From positions 1-62,737 of the IMG/VR virus record IMGVR_UViG_3300037752_000040: a DNA stretch of 62,737 bases; one strand, given 5' to 3'. The stretch comes from a virus. Positions 43,737 through 51,680 of this stretch are shown here, one piece after another. The stretch's first letter is position 1; each line of letters begins with the position of its first letter. The notes beneath the pieces are model-generated. The model was not told the DNA's origin and ran no database searches. It saw only the letters and a list, made by a program, of their open reading frames with translations. The position numbers and the translations under genes were made by a program.

Positions 43737-44462
43737 GTGATCATCAGTAATGCAATCCCGAAGGCGGGGGGGCATCTTCTTTACGCTTATCTCGGCGCGT
43801 GCGGGTTGAAGAAAGAGCCAGGCGAATTGTATGCCGATGTCGATGTTGATGGTGATGGCCATGCATGCCGCCGAGAAGTCACGGGCAGCCAGAAAGACAT
43901 CTGGGACGGGATTGCCGTTCGCGATCCCGAGACCATGCTGGCGGACATGGAACGCAAGGCCGTCATCAACGCGCATGTGCATGATAAGATCGATCTTTCC
44001 GGACATGCCGTCGCGTTCATGTATAGGAACCCGCGCAACCTGCTGTACTCCTATGCGCGTTTTTCCGCTGCCGATTTCAACTGGAATCCTCCGGTCAGGG
44101 AGCCGAGCGACAAGGCGGTGCGCTCGCGCATGCAGCCGTCTTACATGCGACAGATCGTTGGACAGTGCCGTTGCTTTCACGGATGGCTTTCAAAATCCGA
44201 TATCGCGGTCAGGTTCGAGGATTTCATCGCCGATCCGGACACGACGGGCAAGGCGATCGCCGCTGCGCTCGGCATCGGTTTCGCCGATCCGTCCAAGGTC
44301 ATTGGAGAGTCGACGCCCTGGGTAACGTTGAGATATCGCGGAACATGGTCAGGCCAACTCAGCGACTGGCGACAGGTCTGGAACGATAGGCTTGACGCAC
44401 AGTGGAGGGCCGCAGGCGGTTACGAAGTCGAAGCGGGCTACGGATATAAAAATAAATGCTGA
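43737..44462 (+). CDS. sulfotransferase-like protein
   Basis: The GTG start directly follows the upstream TGA. 5'-PSB-like IPKAGGH, 3'-PB-like YRNPRNLLYSYARF, and VRFEDFIADP. Confidence 0.6.
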   Translation: MIISNAIPKAGGHLLYAYLGACGLKKEPGELYADVDVDGDGHACRREVTGSQKDIWDGIAVRDPETMLADMERKAVINAHVHDKIDLSGHAVAFMYRNPRNLLYSYARFSAADFNWNPPVREPSDKAVRSRMQPSYMRQIVGQCRCFHGWLSKSDIAVRFEDFIADPDTTGKAIAAALGIGFADPSKVIGESTPWVTLRYRGTWSGQLSDWRQVWNDRLDAQWRAAGGYEVEAGYGYKNKC

Positions 44463-45481
44463 CCGTTGTTGTGGGTCACGGCCGATCCACCGAGGGCCAG
44501 GGCTGGGGACCGCTGATCGACAGCGCTGATCGCGTCGTCCGGATGTGGAACTGGCACTGGTGCGACATGAAAGATTACGGCACCCGCTACGATTGGGGTC
44601 TGATCGAAATCCATCCTTGTCTCACACAATGGAAACAGCACAACAAGTGCCAGCCGAGCCAGGGGTGGGTCGCATCGCTGCTGATGGAAGATCGGGATTA
44701 TCGGTTTCCTGACAACACCTCGATCATAGACCAGTGCGAATTCTTGAACTCCATTCCGGAGCAGTTCCAGGGGTGCGGCGAGACCGGCACATGGCAGTTG
44801 ACCCGCGGAGGAGTGGCGGCGTGCTGGGCGATCTCGACGGCACAGGAAGGCGACAGCCTGATCCTTGTCGGCTTTGACGTGATCAAGGATGGCGTTGCAA
44901 TGGCGGTCGATGAAGCCTTCAGCCCTGAATACATGGCGTCGGAAGGCTTTTTTGGCATCAGCACTTTCAAGGAAGGCGCGACCAAGGAAGGCAACCACGA
45001 CTATCCCGCCGAGCGCTATCTGATCGAGACGATGGGGAAATGCGCCGGCGTTGCCGTGGTCTTTGCAGAAGACGAATGGCCTTTGAATATCAAGCGCGTT
45101 CCAAAGCAGAAATTCATCAAGCGAATTTTGACCGGAGATAATGAATCCATGAAGTTCCGTTATATCGGCGTGTACCCGGCCGGGCAACAGGAGATCACGG
45201 CGTATGGCTGCAAGTTCACGCCATTTACCGAGGTTGAAGTGCCCGAGCAATGGCTGGAAAAGTTCACCGGAAACAGGTTTTTCGAGCTTGTCGTGGACTA
45301 TGAACTCGTTCCGGTAGAGCCGGAACCGGAAGAGGAACCGCGCAATCGCCTGCTCGATGCAATGCCTTCGGATAAGGATGATCTCATTGCCCTGGCAGGA
45401 GAACGCGGCGTCAAGATCGATAAGCGATGGAATGCCGACAAGATCGCCGCCGCCATCGTGGACGCTGAAAATGGCGAATGA
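44456..45481 (+). CDS. sialyltransferase-like / second DUF115-like glycosyltransferase with C-terminal HeH-like motif
   Basis: VVVGHGRS...DRVVRMWNW and TRGGVAACWAI...LILVGFDV resemble the CstII/GT42 or DUF115 layout. The C-terminus DDLIALAGERGVKIDKRWNADKIAAAI is SAP/HeH-like. Confidence 0.5.
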   Translation: MLTVVVGHGRSTEGQGWGPLIDSADRVVRMWNWHWCDMKDYGTRYDWGLIEIHPCLTQWKQHNKCQPSQGWVASLLMEDRDYRFPDNTSIIDQCEFLNSIPEQFQGCGETGTWQLTRGGVAACWAISTAQEGDSLILVGFDVIKDGVAMAVDEAFSPEYMASEGFFGISTFKEGATKEGNHDYPAERYLIETMGKCAGVAVVFAEDEWPLNIKRVPKQKFIKRILTGDNESMKFRYIGVYPAGQQEITAYGCKFTPFTEVEVPEQWLEKFTGNRFFELVVDYELVPVEPEPEEEPRNRLLDAMPSDKDDLIALAGERGVKIDKRWNADKIAAAIVDAENGE

Positions 45482-45662
45482 GCTTCGTCTGGTCCCCGAT
45501 CAGGCCGCGGCCTCGATCGCCGCACGGATCAAGGTCATTGAGAACTGTAAGACCATGATCCGCGAGACGGTCAAGCGCTACGACGGTCTGAAAGCCTTCG
45601 AAGATCAGCTTTCAGGGCTTGGCGTCAAGGATGCCGTAGACCGGCTCATGAAAGAGGATTGA
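45471..45662 (+). CDS. hypothetical small protein
   Basis: ATG at 45471 (MANELRLVPD), 63 aa. Confidence 0.4.
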   Translation: MANELRLVPDQAAASIAARIKVIENCKTMIRETVKRYDGLKAFEDQLSGLGVKDAVDRLMKED

Positions 45663-45666
45663 GCCG

Positions 45667-46074
45667 ATGGCGATACAGTATTCTGATGGAGTGAGAAACG
45701 CAAAGCTTGACGCCATCGAAACCACGATCAGCACATCGCCGATCATGCGTATTCGCACCGGCACGCCGCCTGCGGACTGCGCAACGGCTGACAGCGGGAC
45801 TGTGTTGGCAACGCTCCCACTGCCGTCAGACTGGATGGCGGCTGCATCAGGCGGATCGAAGGCAAAATCAGGCACATGGCAGGATGCATCAGCGGATGCA
45901 GCGGGAACGGCTGGGCATTTTCGCATCTACGATTCAGGCGATACGACCTGCCACATGCAAGGCACGGTCGGTGCGACCGGAAGCGGCGCAGACATGGAAG
46001 TTGATAACGCTGTCTTCGCATCCGGCCAGCAATTCACAGTTACGACATTCAGCATTGCCGATAATAACGGTTGA
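45667..46074 (+). CDS. virion-associated hypothetical protein
   Basis: 135-aa ORF in the structural operon. Confidence 0.5.
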   Translation: MAIQYSDGVRNAKLDAIETTISTSPIMRIRTGTPPADCATADSGTVLATLPLPSDWMAAASGGSKAKSGTWQDASADAAGTAGHFRIYDSGDTTCHMQGTVGATGSGADMEVDNAVFASGQQFTVTTFSIADNNG

Positions 46075-46080
46075 TCATAA

Positions 46081-46563
46081 GTGCTCGGCTTTGCCCCTCT
46101 CGCAGCGCTTCCTCTTGCAGATGACACCACCGGGCGCATTGCATCGGCAGCCATCACCGAGGCAGCAGATACGCTGGCCTCGACTGCTGTCCTGTCGATT
46201 ACTGGCGCAGCGTCTATCACGGAAGCGGCAGATACTCTCTCCGCAACCGCGGCTCTCCAGATATTGGCCGATGCTGCAATCACTGAAGCGGCAGACACGC
46301 TTTCCTCAACCGCTACCAAAGAAATCTTCGGCGTTGCGGTCATCACCGAAGCGGCTGATACGCTCAGCGCTACGGCGCTCAAGGTCATCAGGGGGCGCAT
46401 TCGAGGCGTTACGAGCGGAGCAACGCGGGCAGATGGGTCATTTGGCGGCGCTGTGCGAGCCGCTGGCGTCGCCGGGGGCGGCAACAGATCGGCCGGCTCG
46501 ACCGGTGGTGGTGTGCGCGCCGGAGGCACGACGGGCGGCGGTAGAAGGGCATATGGAAACTGA
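46081..46563 (+). CDS. virion protein with four ITEAADTL repeats and a Gly-rich tail
   Basis: GTG start, 160 aa. Four 21-22-aa repeats. Confidence 0.5.
   Translation: MLGFAPLAALPLADDTTGRIASAAITEAADTLASTAVLSITGAASITEAADTLSATAALQILADAAITEAADTLSSTATKEIFGVAVITEAADTLSATALKVIRGRIRGVTSGATRADGSFGGAVRAAGVAGGGNRSAGSTGGGVRAGGTTGGGRRAYGN
46153..46392 (+). repeat. four tandem repeats of about 63 nt, coding
   Basis: The ITEAADTL(A/S)(S/A)TA units begin atcaccgaggcagcagatacgctg, atcacggaagcggcagatactctc, atcactgaagcggcagacacgctt and atcaccgaagcggctgatacgctc. The differences are synonymous. Confidence 0.8.
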
Positions 46564-46892
46564 TGCTTGAACCTGGAATAATCTATGTCGAAACGGAGCT
46601 TCGGCTTACGGCCGCATTTACCGATAGCGATGGAACGGCAATCGATCCTGATACGGTGACTTTCAGCATATTCTCGCCTTCCGGCGGTGAGACGGCATAT
46701 GTCTACGGCACTGATGATGAAGTGCAGAAGGCGTCAACGGGAAATTATACAGCAGATATCGTCCCTGACGAAGCAGGCCGTTGGCATTTCCGTTGGAAAA
46801 CCACAGGAACCGGCAAGGTGATCGCGCTTGAGGGCAATTTCATCGTCAGAAAGTCAGCCTTTTTTGACGATCCATTCACGGATTATTGCTGA
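46563..46892 (+). CDS. structural-module hypothetical protein
   Basis: 109 aa, ATGA-type overlap. Confidence 0.5.
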   Translation: MLEPGIIYVETELRLTAAFTDSDGTAIDPDTVTFSIFSPSGGETAYVYGTDDEVQKASTGNYTADIVPDEAGRWHFRWKTTGTGKVIALEGNFIVRKSAFFDDPFTDYC

Positions 46893-47263
46893 TGTCGAGA
46901 ACCACGACGGAACTTGCAACCGAAGTCATGCGGTTGCCGAACTGGATCTCCCAGGACGAGACGCCGGATTCAGCGGATGACGCGCATATCAAGAGAATTT
47001 ATTCCGACTGGTTCGCCTATGCGCAGATGCAGGAACGCGAAATCGTCTATTGGTCGGAAGACACGATCCCGAACGAAGCCTTTCTTGCCATCGTCCGGAT
47101 CATAGCGGATATGGTCGGCCCGTCATTTGGCGATCCCGCGCCGGTCGAGATCGATGTGGAGACCGGAATGCAGGTTTCAATGGGCAAGAAGGGCTGGAAC
47201 ATGCTGCGCCGACTGACCGCGCGGGAATCGTCCGGTCTCAGCGCTCCGGGGACTTATTTCTGA
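46886..47263 (+). CDS. possible head-tail adaptor
   Basis: 125 aa directly upstream of the gp10-like gene. The call is by position only. Confidence 0.35.
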   Translation: MLMSRTTTELATEVMRLPNWISQDETPDSADDAHIKRIYSDWFAYAQMQEREIVYWSEDTIPNEAFLAIVRIIADMVGPSFGDPAPVEIDVETGMQVSMGKKGWNMLRRLTARESSGLSAPGTYF

Positions 47264-48696
47264 TGGGGGAGCCGGTCTCGATTTCGCTTGGTCTGCGCAC
47301 CAATCCGGCCCGCAACAGGCAGGCAGGCTTTGCCCAGCTCATAAACTGTTTTGCGGAGGAAATCGGGCAGGATGGCAAAACGACGGTTGCCATTTATGGC
47401 ACAGAGGGATTGACCAACTTCGGATCGGCTTTGTCTGGCGGCGGCATCAGGGCCATGATCGATGTGGACGGCACGTTGTATGCTGTCGCCGGGCGTAACA
47501 TTTACGCTGTAAACAGTTCTGGCGTCGGCACCCTTATTGGAGGCGTGCCGACAGACGGACCTGTTTACATGGCTAAGAATCGTCGAGTTCCCGCGCAAAT
47601 TGGCTTGGTCTCTGATGGCCTTTATCTCGTTATCGACACGCTCGCCAACTCCGTCACGGAAATCAGTGATCCGGATTTGCCAAGCCCGGTCTCGTTTTCG
47701 ACGTTGGACGGGTATGGCGTCATACCCGTTGTCGGCGGGGAATTCTATCTTACGGGATTGGATGACTTCACAACGATCGATGGTCTCGATTCTGCGAGTG
47801 CAGAGGCTTATCCAGACGCCATATTGCGATCAATGGTTCTTGAGCGTGAGTTGGTTCTGCTCGGTGAAGACAGTTTAGAGTTTTTCCAGAACACAGGCGA
47901 TCCCGACTTTCCCTTCACGCGAACCCACGCAACTGAAACTGGTTGCTTGGCTGGTGATAGCGCTGCGCTTGTCGATACCCCGTCTGGCAAAACGATCCTC
48001 TGGGTTGCTCCTGACCACACGGTTCGCCAGATGCGCGGGTACTCGGGAGAGGTTGTCAGCACCAACGAGATCGAGAAATTGATCCGCGAGTTGGATGAAG
48101 CCGGAAATGCCTCTCAGTTGAAGGGGTTCGGATGGGCGTCAGCGGGTAGATTTTTCTATTGCCTGACAAGCGGAAGTTTTTCCAGAGTTCTAGACGGCAA
48201 AACAGGGCATTGGCACAAGCGAGAGTCCTACGGCTTAGATCGCTGGCGCGTCAGCGCTGTCACTCGATTTGGTAACAAGATTGTAGCGGGCGATTACGAA
48301 TCCGGCCAGCTCTACACGATGGATTTCAGCACCCATAAAGAGGGGAGCAACCATTTGGTGCGGGAATTGATCACTCCGACCGTTCATGCATTCCCGTACG
48401 GGATTAAGGTCAATGGGCTTTATATCGATGCTGCGACTGGCGTGGGTCTGAACTCCACAGACAGCCATGATGGCAATCCGAAGCTCTTGATCTCAACATC
48501 TCGCGATTCAGGCTATTCCTGGTCAACCGAGCGCGAAAGAGAACTCGGAACGACTGCGCAATATCGGCGTATCAAGCCGATATACCGGCTCGGTCGATTT
48601 GGCCACAAGGGAATGCTGGTGCGGGTAAGGATGTCCGCACCAGTCGAGAGCGTTATGATTCAGATGGCCGTCGATTTCGATCAGTTGGCTGCGTGA
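47263..48696 (+). CDS. tail hub / packaged-DNA stabilisation (P22 gp10-like) protein
   Basis: The ATG at 47263 overlaps the upstream TGA. 477 aa, similar in size and position to P22 gp10. Beta-rich. Confidence 0.4.
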   Translation: MGEPVSISLGLRTNPARNRQAGFAQLINCFAEEIGQDGKTTVAIYGTEGLTNFGSALSGGGIRAMIDVDGTLYAVAGRNIYAVNSSGVGTLIGGVPTDGPVYMAKNRRVPAQIGLVSDGLYLVIDTLANSVTEISDPDLPSPVSFSTLDGYGVIPVVGGEFYLTGLDDFTTIDGLDSASAEAYPDAILRSMVLERELVLLGEDSLEFFQNTGDPDFPFTRTHATETGCLAGDSAALVDTPSGKTILWVAPDHTVRQMRGYSGEVVSTNEIEKLIRELDEAGNASQLKGFGWASAGRFFYCLTSGSFSRVLDGKTGHWHKRESYGLDRWRVSAVTRFGNKIVAGDYESGQLYTMDFSTHKEGSNHLVRELITPTVHAFPYGIKVNGLYIDAATGVGLNSTDSHDGNPKLLISTSRDSGYSWSTERERELGTTAQYRRIKPIYRLGRFGHKGMLVRVRMSAPVESVMIQMAVDFDQLAA

Positions 48697-48697
48697 C

Positions 48698-49387
48698 TTA
48701 AATACGTTTCCATGTTTTGCGGTTTAGAATGCACCAAATCGTACATTTTGATACGTGGAAACGGCCCGCAAGTTCAGGAATGCTCAATGCGCCTTCCAGG
48801 CTGCGAATTTCCAGCACGTCGTTAACTGACAGCTTCGCCCTTACAGTTCCGTGCTGAAGTTTGTCTGATTCATTTTCGACGGGGGTCGCCCATCGCAAGT
48901 GATTAGCTGTACAGCACAGTGGATTTCGTAAGCACGAATGAGCAACCTGATGATCAGGTGATGGCGGCGGGCCGTGCCTATGCTCGCAGACTATGCGCAT
49001 AACATAGCAATTTTTCCCGTCCACCTTAAGAGAAGCATAGTCTCCTGATTTATTGAATGGCCAGACTAAGCATTCGTCGCCGTTGTAAGGCAGAACGACT
49101 TGCTTTAAATAGTCGAGAGCGGTTCCAGGTGGGTTTCTGGTCGCAGTGACCGCGCCAGTCCGTAACAGGCGACTGTAATGGATGTCGCAATAGCCTTTTG
49201 CGGTATGAGGTTCGCCACAATTTGGGTAGGTGCATGTTCCTCGTGCTTTGCGTATTCGAGGTATGAGCGGGTCGCCATGTTTACGCCAAGCATCGTAATG
49301 CTTAGTGCACCACCCTCTCGCAATACGAGGCTTGTCACAGCCTTCGACAGAGCATAAACGTTCGGCGGGCATATCGGACCTCCACAA
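48698..49387 (-). CDS. HNH homing endonuclease inserted in the structural operon
   Basis: Repeated C..C/H Zn-finger modules (CSVEGCDKP...GWCTKHY; CTYPNCGEP...GYCDIHY) and the HNH core HQVAHSC...CCTANHLRWATPVENESDK. AT-rich and on the opposite strand. Confidence 0.7.
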   Translation of the reverse strand: MWRSDMPAERLCSVEGCDKPRIARGWCTKHYDAWRKHGDPLIPRIRKARGTCTYPNCGEPHTAKGYCDIHYSRLLRTGAVTATRNPPGTALDYLKQVVLPYNGDECLVWPFNKSGDYASLKVDGKNCYVMRIVCEHRHGPPPSPDHQVAHSCLRNPLCCTANHLRWATPVENESDKLQHGTVRAKLSVNDVLEIRSLEGALSIPELAGRFHVSKCTIWCILNRKTWKRI

Positions 49388-49481
49388 TAGGTTCGGTTGT
49401 CAAGAACGCGCCCGGTGTTGCAAGCATCGTGGCGCGTTCGTCATATCTAATCACAAGTATTCACCAAATCAAGGACAAGAT

Positions 49482-49658
49482 ATGGCAACCCTCACATTGC
49501 CCTCAGCAAACGTGCCTATTGGAACTGCCACGGTGAATATCGAAGGCAAAGAATACAATGTAGAGATTAAGATGTCTCAGCCGTGGCTACAGCAGTTCCT
49601 AAAACTTCTGGGTCAAGTGAACCAGAATACAACCAACATCTCTGATCTTACCCCGTAG
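49482..49658 (+). CDS. small hypothetical protein
   Basis: ATG at 49482 (MATLTLPSANV), 58 aa. Confidence 0.35.
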   Translation: MATLTLPSANVPIGTATVNIEGKEYNVEIKMSQPWLQQFLKLLGQVNQNTTNISDLTP

Positions 49659-49667
49659 GAGGCCGAA

Positions 49668-50474
49668 TTGGGCTTTTTTCAAGACTTTTTTGGTTCTTCG
49701 GCCAAGAAGGATCTCCGCAGCGCAAAAGCGTCTTCCGACCAGAAGTTGCAGGCCGGATATGACGAAGCGCAGCCGTTCTATAATGAAGCCTTCGATCTGT
49801 TCACGCCCTATGCCCAGCAAGGGCAGCAGGCAAATGAGATGTACGGCCATGCCATCGGGCTGGGGACGGATGAACAGCGATCGGCTGCACAGGGTAGATA
49901 CTTCTCGGACCCTGCCATGTCGGCGATTCTCGACCAATCGTCGAACCGGCTTCTACGGCAGATGAACGCGCGGGGCAACACCTATGGTGGCAAGGCAGCG
50001 CTTGCGGGCGCTCGTGTCGGGCTTGAAGGCTACGAGGGGTGGTTGAACCGGCTTTCCGGTCAAGGCCAGCAGGGCGGGCAGTACGCCGGGCAGCAGGCGG
50101 CTATCCGTAGCGGACAAGGGGATATGCGGTACGGCTTCGGAGCCACACAGGCCGGCAACGATATCAATTTCGGCAACGCGATGGCGCAGAACCGTTCCAC
50201 GGGCGTGAACAATTTGCTCAATCTCGCGGGAACGGTCGGGAAGGCTGTAGGAACGGCGGCATCAGCCGGAGCTTTCTCGGATATTCGCCTGAAGCGCGAC
50301 ATTGAGCGCGTTGGCGAACTTCCATCCGGCCTGCCCGTGTATGATTTCCGCTACTTGTGGAGCGATGAGCCTTACCGTGGTGTCATGGCGCACGAAGCGG
50401 CCGAGATTTTCCCGGCTGCCGTCTCTGCCCATGAGAGCGGATATTTGATGGTCGACTATTCAAGGATCAACTGA
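49668..50474 (+). CDS. virion protein with C-terminal S74-type intramolecular chaperone domain
   Basis: The TTG start has AGGAGG upstream. The C-terminus SDIRLKRDIERVGELPSGLPVYDFRYLW...GVMAHEAAEIFPAAV...GYLMVDYSRI matches Peptidase_S74 blocks. Confidence 0.6.
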   Translation: MGFFQDFFGSSAKKDLRSAKASSDQKLQAGYDEAQPFYNEAFDLFTPYAQQGQQANEMYGHAIGLGTDEQRSAAQGRYFSDPAMSAILDQSSNRLLRQMNARGNTYGGKAALAGARVGLEGYEGWLNRLSGQGQQGGQYAGQQAAIRSGQGDMRYGFGATQAGNDINFGNAMAQNRSTGVNNLLNLAGTVGKAVGTAASAGAFSDIRLKRDIERVGELPSGLPVYDFRYLWSDEPYRGVMAHEAAEIFPAAVSAHESGYLMVDYSRIN

Positions 50475-50477
50475 GCG

Positions 50478-51680
50478 ATGGCATCAGGATACGTCAATCT
50501 TCCGGCTTTCCGAGCACCTGGCCCGCTTGATTTCGGCGGCTTGAATGAAGGCATCGATGCTTTAGGGCAAGGCTTCGAGAAAAACCGCCTGCTCGATCAG
50601 TCCAAACAGATCGGCTCCGCGATCCAGTCCGGCGATTACAGCGGCGGCGCAAAAGCCGCATTTGGATTTGGAGACCTGAATACCGGGCTAAACCTCGCCA
50701 ACACACAGCGCCAGATCGAGCAGGACGCATTCAACCGCAACCGGCTCATGACGCAGGACCGCCGCGCCGCCGGGGCGGATGCGCGCTCGCAGGAATTGCA
50801 CGGGCTGAACGTGCAGTCAACGCGGGATGACATCCAGACGAAGCTGACCGGCCGCGTCGCAGGCGTCGCCCAGATGATCCGCAACGAGCCGGACCCGGAA
50901 CGCAAGGCGATGATGACGCAGACGTTCCTCAACGCCAATCCACGCATGAAACAACTGCTTGAGAGTTACGGCTTCGACGCGAATAATCCCGATGCGACTT
51001 ATGATATGATCATTGCCGAGGCGAAGGGACTGACCGGGACTGACAAGCCCCAATATGAGTTCACGAAATATGGGGTCGGGAACAAAAATACGGGAGAGGT
51101 GCAACCCTATGCACAAGGCGTTGGGGCTACGGCTGAAGATGCTCCATCCGGCTACCGCTATGCACAGGATGGGCAAGCGCTTGAAGCTATTCCTGGCGGG
51201 CCTGCAACGAAGCTTCCGGGCGACATGGCTGGACGCGTCGCGGCGCTGCAAACCGCCAAAGAGAGCTTCGCGGATGTCCGCAACTTCTATGAGGGACAGG
51301 ACTGGGGAGATCGCGCGAGCCAGCTTATTAACAGCGGGAGCGCCGGACGCGTTGAACGTAATGTAAGACTAGCGATTGAAGCGGCGCTGCGCGCGATGAC
51401 CGGCGCAGCCGCTCCCGAGAGCGAGGTCGAGAATTATCTGAATATCTTCGGACCGTCCGCGCTCGATACGCAGGCGACGATCAAGGATAAACTTGACCGT
51501 CTTCAAAGCTTCATGGGTAACGTTGAGGCGAACATTGCGCAAGGGCGCAGTGCTGCCCCTGGTGCGCCGCCTCCCGCAAGCGGAGGCAATGCGTCAGGCC
51601 GTCCGAGAGCGACAAATCCCCAAACGGGCGAAGTGGTAGAATTCAATGAGCAGACCGGCCAATGGGAGCCAGCCCAATAA
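50478..51680 (+). CDS. internal virion / ejection-type protein
   Basis: 400 aa. Called by position and composition only. Confidence 0.4.
   Translation: MASGYVNLPAFRAPGPLDFGGLNEGIDALGQGFEKNRLLDQSKQIGSAIQSGDYSGGAKAAFGFGDLNTGLNLANTQRQIEQDAFNRNRLMTQDRRAAGADARSQELHGLNVQSTRDDIQTKLTGRVAGVAQMIRNEPDPERKAMMTQTFLNANPRMKQLLESYGFDANNPDATYDMIIAEAKGLTGTDKPQYEFTKYGVGNKNTGEVQPYAQGVGATAEDAPSGYRYAQDGQALEAIPGGPATKLPGDMAGRVAALQTAKESFADVRNFYEGQDWGDRASQLINSGSAGRVERNVRLAIEAALRAMTGAAAPESEVENYLNIFGPSALDTQATIKDKLDRLQSFMGNVEANIAQGRSAAPGAPPPASGGNASGRPRATNPQTGEVVEFNEQTGQWEPAQ

Noticed and set aside
40524-43739. The shared 9-mer GCCTGAGTG at the starts of 40530 and 43737, considered as a possible cassette-boundary signal.
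   Set aside because: A single 9-nt match in 62 kb is within chance expectation. It reflects TGA-GTG stop/start junctions.
40530-45481. Interpreting the enzyme cassette as a DNA base hypermodification pathway.
   Set aside because: Not excluded, but ranked lower. I found no dUMP/dCMP hydroxymethylase, 5-hmdU DNA kinase, aGPT-Pplase-like, DpdA/TGT or QueC/D/E-set partners anywhere in the genome. The cassette also sits in the head-tail operon rather than the nucleotide-metabolism or replication region.
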